Position numbers and translations under genes: made by a program | In this document: one piece after another, positions 11,385 to 23,548 of the stretch | Numbering within the stretch: the stretch's first letter is position 1 | Layout: each line of letters starts with the position of its first letter | Notes under the pieces: generated by a model | Databases searched by the model: none | What the model was told of the DNA's origin: nothing | The model's input: the letters and a program-made list of their open reading frames with translations, nothing else | Origin: Octopus sinensis | Taxonomy: Eukaryota | DNA length: 64,000 bases | NCBI RefSeq assembly: GCF_006345805.1 | Contig: NC_043001.1 | Location: 17,422,001 to 17,486,000 of the forward strand | Direction of reading: 5' to 3'

Positions 11385-12016
11385 TCTTTACTACCCACAA
11401 GGGGCTAAACATAGAGGGGACAAACAGGGACAAAGGGATTAAGTTGATTACATCGACCCCAGTGCGAAACTGGTACTTAATTTATCGACCCCGAAAGGAT
11501 GAAAGGCAAAGTCGACCTCGGCGGAATTTGAACTCAGCACGTAACGACAGACGAAATACCTATTTCTTTACTACCCACAAGGTGCTAAACATAGAGGGGA
11601 CAAACAAGGACAGATATAGGTATTAAGTCGATTATATCGACCCCAGTACGTAACTGGTACTTAATTTATCGACCCCGGAAGGATGAAAGGCAAAGTCGAC
11701 CTCGGCGGAATTTGAACTCAGCACGTAACGACAGACGAAATACCTATTTCTTTACTACCCACAAGGTGCTAAACATAGAGGGGACAAACAAGGACAGATA
11801 TAGGTATTAAGTCGATTATATCGACCCCAGTACGTAACTGGTACTTAATTTATCGACCCCGGAAGGATGAAAGGCAAAGTCGACCTCGGCGGAATTTGAA
11901 CTCAGAACGTAGCGGCAGACGAAATACATATTTCTTTATTACCCACAAGGGTAACGACAGACGAAATACCGCAAAGCATTTCGCCCGGCGCGCTAACGTT
12001 TCTGCCAGTTCGCCGC
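11385..12016 (-). mobile_element. Tandem array of SINE B (internally deleted head + 3 ~180-bp units)
   Basis: Repeated gacgaaatacctatttc junctions at ~11552 and ~11737, variant junction at ~11920. Confidence 0.85.
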
Positions 12017-12314
12017 CTACATTATACAATATAGTATCCTTTCTCTCTTTCAAGAAAAAAAAATTATAGGATGTCATTTCAGGAAGAATCGGCTGCTTTT
12101 TCAAGTAGATCCAACAACTGCATCTTTGTCTAAATATACTGTCCGGAAACAATTGGGATGATTATGAATAAAGCATTTTTTACCATGTTAGACAGCACGA
12201 TCGGGGTTGACCAGAGAAAAGCAACATGTAGTCTTTGTATGATGAATATAGGTGCGGGGCACTATTATACTTGATAAATGTTGTGGCAACTTGCTGTCCT
12301 GGATTTACTTACTC

Positions 12315-12545
12315 GCGGCGAGCTGGCAGAATCGTTAGCACGCCGGGCGAAATGCTTAGCGGTATTTCGTCTGTCGTTACGTTCTAAGTTCAAATTCCGC
12401 CGAGGTTTACTTTGCCTTTCATCCTTTCGGGGTCGATAAATAAAGTACCAGTCTCGCACTGGGGTCGATGTACTCAACTTAATCCCTTTGTCTGTTCTTG
12501 TTTGTCCCCTCTATGTTTAGCCCCTTGTGGGTAGTAAAAAAATTT
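12315..12545 (+). mobile_element. SINE B
   Basis: Full consensus match. Confidence 0.85.
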
Positions 12546-12687
12546 TTTTAATCTTTTAATTATTATCTAAGCTGACACTAGAGTGTGCAACTCTTAGTCG
12601 AAACCATATACTCCTTTAATGCTATTGGTAAAAGCATAAACAGTACTTTCCATTAAGTTGGGCTTTGTGCTCGCTAATATGCAACAT

Positions 12688-13015
12688 AATGGGAGACGTC
12701 CTTCGGTCATGAATGACCATGGGATTGCACCTAGAAAGTTACCCTCCGAGGAATAAGTCCGGGCAAGGTTGTTTATGGAAGACCAGCAGTCGCCCATGCA
12801 TACCGGCCTCCCCTCTCCACGCCACCGTTGTTATCCAAAGGAAGGGCAAAGGCCCAAAGAGCTTGGCACCAGTGATGTCGCAACTCATTTCTACAGCTGA
12901 GTTAACTGGAGTAACGGGAAATAAAGTGTCTTGCTCAAGAACACAACACTCAGCCCGGTCCGGGAATCGAACTCACAACCTCACGGTCGTAAGCTCGACG
13001 CTCTAACCACTGTGG
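12688..13015 (-). mobile_element. tRNA-derived SINE with CORE-like block (family D)
   Basis: Reverse complement gtggttagagcgtcgagc..gagttcgattccc..ttgagcaagacacttt; tail shared with 41190-41375. Confidence 0.7.
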
Positions 13016-13210
13016 TTAGAGTAGCGGAATAAACACCACAGCACAGTAAGTTTCATTTCTCAACAAACATTGAGTTCAAATTACACCGAGATTGGTTCTA
13101 ACTTTCATTGAAAACCGACAATATGACCCTTCGCGGTCCATATAAAATTTTATAGTTAGAATTTATGTGCAATAAACTGTGTATTATATTTCTATAATAT
13201 ACAACATATT

Positions 13211-13485
13211 TCTTTTACCGAACCGCTAAGTTACGGGTAACGTAAACTCACCAGCATCGGTTGTCAAGCGATGTTAGGGGGACAAATACAGATACACAAA
13301 TATATACACACACATACATATATATACATATATACGACGGGCTTCTTTCAGTTTCCGCCTACCAAATCCACTCACAAGGCTTTGGTCGGCCCGAGGCTAT
13401 AGTAGAAGACACTTTCCCAAGGTGCCACGCAGTGTGACTGAACCCGGAACGATGTGGTTGGTAAGCAAGCTACTTACCACACAGC
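13211..13485 (-). mobile_element. SINE A
   Basis: Consensus match. Confidence 0.85.
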
Positions 13486-14429
13486 AAATCAGGACAGCTT
13501 ATCGATAACTGTGAAGTCAAGCATTTGTAATTTCTTTATGGGTTCTAATTACGCGTAGTCCGTAATTGGTAAACGAGGTACAAGACTGTTATAGATGATG
13601 GAGTTCTGATATTGTGTATTATAAGTTACTGAGTCTTTTCTTCAGTATCAGGTTCGACAAATCATATATTTATGGCAAGAAGGAGAGGCATAAAAATATT
13701 TCAAACTCTTTTGCGCTTTTATTTTGTGGTTGGGGGGGGGTATGAGTTAGTCAGAGGTCATAATCTATGTATCTTCGTAGTGCCACCCTGAATGATGTTA
13801 CTGATGCAATGGAAACATTTATAGGTCAATGCCTGCAAGAAAATATGCGCAAGGCGGAAATCGGTGACGCGATTCAACGCTGAATTCCACATCTACAAAA
13901 AAAGCACCCAAGTAGTAGGCGTTAGTACAAATAACAGGATACATCTTCTATAGATGATACAAAGATATCAATAAGGAATTCATGGGCAGAAAGAGAAAGA
14001 GGAAAGGAGAGAGCGAGAGAGTCAAAGAGAGAGATAGAGTAAATAGAAAGAAAACGGAAATAGGAGTCATAGGGACTTTTACATTCGAAAATAATTATTT
14101 CTGCTTCCTTTCTGGAAAGTCATGCTACATAATAACATTTCCACATCAGTAAGATTGTCAGAGAACGACTTAAATTTGGTTTATTAAAGAACATAATGAC
14201 CCAATGACGATCCAATTAAGTTTCCTCTTCACTGCTTTCTCAAGTCCCTGGTTAAGTTTTAAGTCGTATCTGATGACCATCTTGTTATTAGAAGATCTTT
14301 ATCGAAACTGATAATATTTTTAAATAGATTTATGGCCGTCTGTGCTAACATTCCATCACCGCTATATAAATCAAAGGAAGGAGGCTATATTTTATTCTAT
14401 TCTAGACACAAGGCCCGAAATTTGCGGGT

Positions 14430-14772
14430 GGGGAGGGCACCAGTCGGTTAGATCGAACCCAGTACGACCCCGAAAGGATGAAAAGCAAAGTTGACTTCGG
14501 CGGAATTTGAACTCAGCATGTGGCGACGGGTGGAAATACCTATTTCTTTACTACCCACAAGGGGCTAAATTCAGAGGGGACAAACAAGGACAGACAAACG
14601 GATTAAATCGATTATATCGACCCCAGTGCGTACTGGTACTTAATTTATCGACCCCGAAAGGATGAAAGGCAAAGTCGACCTCGGCGGAATTTGAACTCAG
14701 AACGTAAAGACAGACGAAATATCACTAAGCATTTCGCCCGGCGTGCTAACGATTCTGCCAGCTCGCCGCCCT
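14430..14772 (-). mobile_element. SINE B tandem (2 units)
   Basis: Consensus match, gaaatacctatttc junction. Confidence 0.8.
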
Positions 14773-15004
14773 AGAAAGCGATTATATTGCATAAAACAAG
14801 GTGTAACATAACGAAATAATTGAAGGCATAGATTGGTAGTTAAGAATTCGGCTTTGCAGACTTGGGGTTTTGGGGTTCGATTCTGCTGCACAGCATTATC
14901 AGATAGGTATATTTTATTATAATCTCTTGTTTATTAACAAAATGAGAATGGACGTTATTTAGCAGATGCAGTACAGAAGCCTTTTGTGTGTAATATATGC
15001 ATGA

Positions 15005-15038
<34 letters not shown>

Positions 15039-15322
15039 TGGGATGTTTATGCTTACACCAATGTGAAAATCGGTGTTGTTTATGTTCTGTTCCTTTATGC
15101 TACTTGGTGGTTCGTCAAGCAGAGGTCGATAAAATAAATACTAAACTAAAAAAAAATATACTCGGGTCGATATAATTGAATAAAATTTTTGAGGGCGGAT
15201 TTCCAACAACGCCGCAGTCCATTGATTGAAACCATTAAAAGAGTAATAGAACGAGATACTTGTGCCTCTCCTGCCTGATTGGTGTTACCTTATGAGCATT
15301 GAATTCAAAGATAATTTATTCA

Positions 15323-15324
<2 letters not shown>

Positions 15325-15386
<62 letters not shown>
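15325..15386. repeat. (TTA)n microsatellite
   Basis: ~20 units. Confidence 0.95.
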
Positions 15387-15387
<1 letters not shown>

Positions 15388-15893
15388 TATGTTTGACTTT
15401 TGCTTTACATTTGCACAAGCTGGCTCCATGTCTCACCCAGACACCTCGAGAGACAACAAGTTAGAATTTCATGTTAGTGTAATTCCTAGGGTGCCATATA
15501 TTTGGTTTTGTACTTAGTATTGTACTAGTGAATGTCTAAAAAACCATAAGAAAATTATGTTTGTTTTAAAACTTGAGATTACATAGAAAGTATTTTGCGT
15601 AGGATATGAGCAGTTCCCATGAGCACTATATTTTGAATTTCTGCTATTTTGGGGTTTCCTGGTATGTGAGTTAGGTAGCAATCAGCTCCTTTTGCTATCA
15701 TTCCCAGGGAACCTATGACAACAGGTATTGTTTTAGTCTTCAGGTTCCACATTTTGCTGATTTCCATTTCCAGATCTTTATATTTGCTCAGTTTTTGGTA
15801 GGTCTTGACAGATACGTTTATATCAATGAGGAGGCATGTTCTTTGTCTGAAGTCTTTCAATATGATGTCTGGCCTATTTGCATCTATCTTTCT
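15387..15893 (-). mobile_element. 5'-truncated R4/Dong-like retrotransposon between (TAA)n tracts
   Basis: IDANRPDIILKDFRQRTCLLIDINVS..KLSKYKDLEMEISKMWNLKTKTIPVVIGSLG..HILRKILSM*, ~190-nt 3' UTR, then (AAT)n. Confidence 0.8.
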
Positions 15894-15908
15894 TTATTAT
15901 TATTATTA

Positions 15909-15952
<44 letters not shown>

Positions 15953-16036
15953 TTATCATTATTATTATCATTATCATATTATTATTATATTATTATTATT
16001 ATCATTATTATTATTATTATTATATTATTATTATTA

Positions 16037-16078
<42 letters not shown>

Positions 16079-16185
16079 ATCATTATTATTATATCATTAT
16101 TATTATTATCATTATCATTATTATATTATCATTATTATTATTATTATTATTATCATTATTATTATTGTTGTTGTTGTTATTCAGT
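15894..16185. repeat. (ATT/ATC)n microsatellite
   Basis: Direct reading. Confidence 0.95.
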
Positions 16186-16541
16186 AGTTTTATTTTTATA
16201 GCGTGCTTTCCTTTTCACTACTGAGCGCAGCTCTGTGTGCCTTGGGTATGTGCTGTGATTTGTTGTGGTGCTCTGATGGTTACTGTATTGAAAGTGTTCT
16301 GCGTAGGATGTGTGCAGTGCCCAGCAGTGCAATCTTCTGTATGTTATATGTGTTTGTAAGTCCTGGTGTTTTTGCTATGTATTTGTCTAAATATTTTTTT
16401 ATCATGCCTAATGCACCTACTATGATAGGAATTGTTTCTGTTTTTAGATTCCACATTCGAGTTACCTCTATTTCCAGGTCTTTGTATTTTGAAAGTTTCT
16501 CCATTTCTTTCTTTGTATTTTGAAAGTTTCTCCATTTCTTT
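16186..16541 (-). mobile_element. Second 5'-truncated R4/Dong-like copy (different 3' UTR) between (TAA)n tracts
   Basis: EKLSKYKDLEIEVTRMWNLKTETIPIIVGALG..HILRRTLSIQ*. Confidence 0.8.
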
Positions 16542-16565
16542 TATTATTATTATTATTATTATTTA

Positions 16566-16596
<31 letters not shown>

Positions 16597-16597
16597 G

Positions 16598-16635
<38 letters not shown>

Positions 16636-16639
16636 AAAA

Positions 16640-17234
16640 CCATATTATTATTATTATTATTAAAGTAATGATATATACAGTAAAGTAAAATAAAATAAAC
16701 ATATAAATATATGTACAGACTGGACAACGCAGATAGCTGTATGTGTAAGTGTGTGAGTTTGTGTGTGTATGTGTGTGTGTATGTGTGTGTGTGTGGTGTG
16801 CGTGTGCGTGTGTATATGTGTGTGTGTGCGTATGTATTTATACCAGTGCACCCAGGCGGACGTACCCAAGAGGTTAAAGAGTGAAATCGAAACAAGAGTA
16901 TCGTGTTTACGAAGCGAAACTCTTAACCCTACGCCCATGTTGTGTTTATAAGGATGAACAGATGTGTGCGAGGCATACGTATATGAAATTACTACACAAT
17001 TTATCTGTACACCAGTGTCTCAGTACTAAACGTTACTAGTAAATAAGGTTTACCGGTCAACGTACGTTTATGCAAATGAGGAACCACTGCACTTGTTATT
17101 ACTTGCAGTTTTCACACAGAGGCTGTAGCCTCTTGTTCTTTCTGTTGACCGACAACGAGAAGGCACTCCCGCTAGAAGGGCAATAAACCAGGCATGCTGT
17201 TCTCAGATGTGTCTTGGCAGGTAAAACTGGGAAA
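16640..17234 (-). repeat. Copy 2 of inverted duplication of 3661-4260
   Basis: Reverse-complement identity. Confidence 0.9.
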
Positions 17235-17282
17235 TGCTAAATAAAATTTCATGAGATTTCTCTTGTCATTTTTGACTTTACA

Positions 17283-17930
17283 TATGTATGTATCTTTGTA
17301 TGTATGTATGTATGTATGTATGTGTGTATGTATGTATGTGTGTATGTACGTATGTGTGTATGTATGTATGTATGTATGCATGTATGTATGTGTATATATG
17401 TATGTATGTATGCGAGTATATATGTATGTATGTATGTATGTGTGTGTATGTATGTATGTAAGTGTGTGTATGTATGTATGTATGTATGTATGTATGTATG
17501 TATGTATGTATGTATGTATGTATGCATGTATGTATGTATGTATGTATGCATGTATGCATGTATGTATGTATTCATGTATGTATGTATGTGTATGTATGTG
17601 TGTGTATATATGTATGTATGTATGCCTGCGTGTATGCATGTATGTATGTATGTACGTATGTATGTATGTATGCCTGCATGTAAGCATGTATGTATGTATG
17701 TATGTGTGTGTATGTATGTATGTGTGTATGTATGTATGCATGTATGTATGTGTGTGTATCTATGTATATATGTATGTATATATGCACGTATGTATGTATG
17801 TATGTATATATGCACGTATGTATGTATGCATGTATGTATGTATGTATGTATGTATGTATGTATGTATGTATGTATGTATGTATGTATGTATGTATGCATG
17901 TATGTATATGTGCAGATTTGTATATTTTGT
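17283..17930. repeat. (TATG)n microsatellite, ~650 bp
   Basis: Direct reading. Confidence 0.95.
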
Positions 17931-18200
17931 TTTATGTATGTATTCTCATGCATATAGTCATATATCTAGACATGCTCATATATATTTAAATGATAAACTT
18001 CTGGAAAGTTTTACAGATTTTTACAGTTCCAGTGACGAATTGGATCAGTTGTCTTCGAATTAGCTTTCTCCTTTCTGGTTTTGAGAAGCCAAATTTCTCA
18101 AGATTGTATTTAAGCAGTGTTACATATCCCAGGGTCCCAATAATTACAGGTATAAACCCGTAATCTGGATAGAGTAACTGCAGATTTCTCAATAGTTCAT
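17931..18200 (-). mobile_element. 3' end of another RLE-type (R2/NeSL/R4-group) non-LTR element
   Basis: RNLQLLYPDYGFIPVIIGTLG..LEKFGF..VTGTVKICKTFQKF resembles the PVxIGxLG terminal domain; followed by ~55 nt UTR and (TACA)n. Confidence 0.55.
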
Positions 18201-18456
18201 CGTAGGTATTATCTTTTTCACTGATTTTCAGCTTTTTGCTAACATCTTATTTTAACAGAAGAGAAAATCCCCGCAATGTAACACAGTTGAAATACATCAT
18301 TCAGGATGAATGGAGGTAGATTTCATTGGTCATATGCGGAAATGTAGTTGATTCAAGGCCCAGAAGACTTAATGCAGTCATTGAAAGCAAAGACGGTCAC
18401 ACCAAATACTGAATACAGCAAATAAGCCTTTAGAGTGTACGTAGTTTTGTATTAGT

Positions 18457-18842
18457 GGAGGCGCAATGGCCCAGTGGTTAGGGCAGCGGACTCGCGGTCG
18501 TAGGATCGCGGTTTCGATTCCCAGACCGAGCGTTGTGAGTGTTTATTGAGCGAAAACACCTAAAAGCTCCACGAGGCTCCGGCGGGGATGGTGGTGATCC
18601 CTGCTGTACTCTTTCACCACAACTTTCTCTCACTCTTACTTCCTGTTTCTGTTGTACCTGTATTTTCAAAGGGCCGGCCTTGTCACTCTCTGTGTCACGC
18701 TGAATATCCCCGAGAACTACGTTAAGGGTACACGTGTCTGTGGAGTGCTCAGCCACTTACACGTTAATTTTACGAGCAGGCTGTTCCGTTGATCGGATCA
18801 ACCGGAACCCTTGTCGTTGTAACCGACGGAGTGCTTCCACAC
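18457..18842 (+). mobile_element. SINE C, full length, 11-bp TSD agttttgtatt
   Basis: tRNA-like head ggaggcgcaatggcccagtggttagggcagcggactcgc..gtttcgattccc; TSD at 18443-18453 and 18843-18853. Confidence 0.85.
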
Positions 18843-18924
18843 AGTTTTGTATTGTTTGAAAATAAATATTTCGTTCATATCTTTGAAAATGTTTATTTTG
18901 TGTTCTAAATTTGTATAATATTTG

Positions 18925-19100
18925 CGAAATGCTTTGCAGTATTTCGTCTGCCGCTACGTTCTGAGTTCAAATTCCGCCGAGGTCGACTTTGCCTTTCATC
19001 CTTTCGGGGTCGATAAATTAAGTACCAGTTACGCACTAGGGTCGATATAATTGACTTAACCCCTTTGTCTGTCCTTGTTTGTCTCCTCTGTGTTTGGCCC
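18925..19100 (+). mobile_element. SINE B (5'-truncated)
   Basis: Consensus match. Confidence 0.8.
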
Positions 19101-19232
19101 TTTGTGGGTAGTAAAGAAATATATATTATTCGGTATAATTTTCGTTTGATTTCCTTCCATATTATCAGAGTAATGGTAATTTTACTGAAGAATTTTAGGG
19201 GTGTACATACTTCTGTGAGAAACTGTATAGAC

Positions 19233-19600
19233 GTAGCTATGTGGTAAGAAGTTTACTTGGAAATCACATGATTACAGGTTCGGTTCCACTGCATGAAACC
19301 TTGGACAAATGTCTTCTACTACAGCTTCAGGTTGACCAAAGCCTTGTAAGTGGATTTAGTAGTCGGAAACTCAAAGAAACCTGTAGCATATGTGCGTACG
19401 TCTCCCCCACCAACGCTTGACAACCGGTGTTGGCTTGTTTAAGGCTCCATAGCTTAGCGGTTCAGCAAAACAAACCGACAGAATAAACGCCGGTCTTAAA
19501 AATAAAATATTGGTGTCAATTTGATCGAAGAAATCTGTCCGAGGCGGTGCTCCAGTATGACCCAATCCAATGTATGAAACAAGTAAATGATAAAAGATAA
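19233..19600 (+). mobile_element. SINE A (diverged)
   Basis: Consensus match. Confidence 0.75.
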
Positions 19601-20100
19601 AGGAAACAATGGCTTCATTAGCACCGTGGGAAAGACAAAAATTTGAAAAAATGTTTGGTCTAAACGAATTTACACGAATAGAATTTTGCGAAAATACTAT
19701 TAAAATACGCTAAAATATAGTCGCATCTGTCAATCGTACGATTCAGAAAATGTGATATGAATATAGTGACGTACTTTAATACATTTAAGGAAGAACAAAG
19801 ACAAACCCTTAGCCATTTGAACTTTGGAGAGAAATAAATAAAAAAAAAAAAGACATCAAGATCGTTTGTTTGAATACTTTGCTTTTACCATTCGCTTGGC
19901 TTTCGATTCTGAAGGTCATATTTAAAACTGAATCGGCAAAACATGTGCTAGGAATCTGTTCCAGATGACAAAGATGACGACAGGAAAGTAAAAATCAAGA
20001 AACCACAGCTTTTTGACATGACAACTAAGTTTAGTGGGTTGAATGTTTGTACGTCAGGGTAATTTGATTCATTGGCGAAACAAAGACCAAAAGTGACACT

Positions 20101-20694
<594 letters not shown>

Positions 20695-20695
<1 letters not shown>

Positions 20696-21000
20696 GGAGG
20701 CGCAATGGCCTAGTGGTTAGGGCAGCGGACTCGCGGTCGTAGGATCGCGGTTTCGATTCCCAGACCGGGCGCTGTAGGTGTTTATTGAGCGAAAACACCT
20801 AAAAGCTCCACGAGGCTCCGGCAGGGGGGGGGAGTGATCCCTGCTGTACTCTTTCACCACTCTTTCTCCCACTCTTTCTTCTGTTGGCCTGCTCGCTTAG
20901 CCAGCGGGGTGGCGTCATTCGAAGGCTAAAACAATCCGAACGCATTGTGACCAGCGATGTGTAACTACATCTGATGGACTGGTCGGTCACGTGACGTGAT
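20695..21000 (+). mobile_element. SINE C head with alternative 3' tail
   Basis: Same head as 18457; diverges after ctttctc into ctgttggcctgctcgcttagcc.. Confidence 0.75.
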
Positions 21001-21097
21001 GTTATGTATATATACATATTTATAAATTGTAATCGATGAAATAGGAACAGTAAACCACGTGAGAAGCATGAACTAATAAAAAAAAAAATAAATGATT

Positions 21098-21460
21098 ATG
21101 GTTCCGGGTTCAATCCCACTGCGTGGCACTTTGGGCAAGTGTCTTCTGCTATAGCCTCGGGCCGACCAAAGCCTTGTCAGTGGATTTGGTAGACGGAAAC
21201 TGAAAGAAGCCTGTCGTATATGTATGTATGTATGTATGTGCATGTGTGTCTGTGTTTGTCCCCCCAACATCGCTTGACAACCGATGGTGGTGTGTTTACG
21301 TCCCCGTAACTTAGCGGTTCGGCATAAGAGAACCCGATAGAATAAATACTAGGCTTACAAAGAATAAGTCCTGGGGTCGATTTGCTCGAGTAAAGGCGGT
21401 GCTCCAGCATGGCCGCAGTCAAATGACTGAATCAAGTAAAAGAGTAAAAGAGTAAAAGAA
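21098..21460 (+). mobile_element. SINE A with (gagtaaaa)n tail
   Basis: Consensus match. Confidence 0.85.
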
Positions 21461-21513
21461 TCTGTAAATGTTACGTTTTCGTTTTTCTGTGTAAAGTTAT
21501 CGGCGAGAAGTAA

Positions 21514-21909
21514 ATCGATATATATAAAGCTGAAGTTGTCTGTGTATGGCAGGTTTGGTAGCCATCAACTAACACTATCTCCTCCGAGACCCTTCGGCGC
21601 AAGTTGACCAAAATTGAGAGTATGATAGAAGAAGGCTTGCTCTTCCTTTCGTAGAAGAAAAAAATTCAAATCGTACCATGTTAACACCAAAAATTATTTA
21701 CATCAAAAAGGTGCTTTTTTTTCTATGAAAATCCCTATTTTTTTACGATTTTTTGACTGCAGTGTTGCCATTTTTTCGGTGTATTTCAACCAGGAAAATG
21801 TTCACTTAAAGAGAATAACAAGCTACATAATACAAAATTTTATTTTTCAAAAATTACAATTCTAAAGGGTCGAAACAAACCCGAGCAACGCCGGGTGATA
21901 CTGCTAGTA
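21514..21909 (-). mobile_element. Helentron/HINE-like element
   Basis: Reverse complement of 30842-31238. Confidence 0.55.
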
Positions 21910-22199
21910 TATGTAAAATGTCGAAATCCTATCAAGACATTATAGACTCAGGATGGTGTTAGTCACGTTTAATTATCTGTAAGTGAATGTAAGATGAAGT
22001 ACGGCAATAACAATGTGTTTCTTCGGCAAGTCTTTTACACTGTACTCTCTGTGTAAACTTTCAAACATCCTTACCATCTTTTCAAATCCTGATGCATTTA
22101 AGTCTGCTTAGCGTATAAAGTCAACCTATCATTTTTGGCTGTAAAATTTGGTTTGAAAAATTCAACGTTTGCCAGAAAATACAGTATGTCTGTTCCTTC

Positions 22200-22470
22200 T
22201 CGAGACATGCCTGGCTCATAAGGGCCGGTTTCCCGGTTTCCTTGGCGTACAGGTTCCTCACGTCGTAGGTGAGCTGCAAGATGCAGGAGGAAAGGGTGAG
22301 AGAAAGTTGTGGCGAAAGAGTCAGCAGACGTCCGCCATTACCTTCTGCCGGAGCCGCGTGGAGCTTAGGTGTTTCGCTCATAGACACACACATCGTCCGG
22401 TCTGAGATTCGAACCCGCGATCCATCGACGGCGAGTCCGCTGCTCTAACCACTAGGCCATGTACCTCCAC
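22200..22470 (-). mobile_element. SINE C-type head with E-type tail
   Basis: gcgagtccgctgctctaaccactaggcc; gggccggtttcccggtttc tail. Confidence 0.7.
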
Positions 22471-22699
22471 AAATACAGTATCTAAAGATTAAGCGTTTAG
22501 TTATACCCTTTATAAGGGCATTAAAAGAAAATACAACACCTGTTATAAGCTATAAATGCCTGATTTAGAAATCTGAAGAGTTTTTATTCCTTGAACGAGT
22601 CACGAAATATATCCAGACATAAATGATTTTAGTTAAATAACTGTAGCTGTGAAAGCCTCTGACGTTATTGATTGAAATTGGTTTCGTGACAACTCAAAA

Positions 22700-23515
22700 A
22701 CAATTCAGAAAAACTGATTTCAGCTGCCAGAGGAGAAGAGAAGAAGCTGTAGAGACGGTAATAGAATTGCAATAAAAAAGAAAAAAAACAGGAGCAAGAA
22801 AGAAACATCTGGAGAAAAGAACTACATGGTTAACATCGCAGACAAACGCAGGAGGTCGCAGTAAATGAGTTTTAGTTACGGCTGAAGAATGGAGACCGTT
22901 AGAAAGATACAGAAGGACATGTGATGGTCGCTCGAAGCCAGTCATTGCGGACGAATATCATTAAGGCCAAAATAGGCAAATCCGCGGAAAGTGCAAAGTG
23001 CAGAGTATAGAATGAGAAACAGGAATCCATTATGTAGATAATAAGTTCAAGTAGTCCTTTGACACAGAAGGAATATAGACGCAGACACGACTTTGTGACT
23101 AATGGATTACACTGGGACATATTACGGCAAAGAGGATTTAAAGGAGGAAGAAAATGGTACAAACACCATCCATAAAGTGTAACAGACCGGCCAATACAAG
23201 ATTTTAAGGGATGTTAATGTACAGACTGATGCCAGACGACCAGATATTAAGGTCTGGGCAAGGCAGAGAAGAATGCGCTATCATAAATGTGACTATATTT
23301 ACGGACATGAATCTATCGGTCGAAGAACAAGAATAAAATAGAAAAATACCAGGGTTTGGCTGTGGTAAGTAGCTTGCTAACCAACCATATGGTTCCGGGT
23401 TCATTCCCACTGCGTGGCACCTTGGGCAAATGTCTTCTGCTATGGCCCCGGGCCGACCAATGCCTTGTGAGTGGATTTGGTAGACGGAAACTGAAAGAAG
23501 CCTGTCGTATATATG

Positions 23516-23548
<33 letters not shown>

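Larger units (their letters stand above)
18250..19227 (+). mobile_element. Tc1-like transposon 3' remnant interrupted by SINE C and SINE B
   Basis: NPRNVTQLKYIIQDEW..VDSRPRRLNAVIESKDGHTKY*; terminus ggggtgtacatacttctgtgagaaactg-TA. Confidence 0.65.

Noticed and set aside
14266-14317. CUGAUGA..AUCUU/AAGAU..CGAAAC motif
   Set aside because: Stem III and the cleavage triplet do not form; at best a fossil.
18457-18530. tRNA-like cloverleaf (also at other SINE heads)
   Set aside because: The anticodon stem is imperfect, the sequence continues into a SINE body and copies are flanked by TSDs; these are SINE heads, not tRNA genes.
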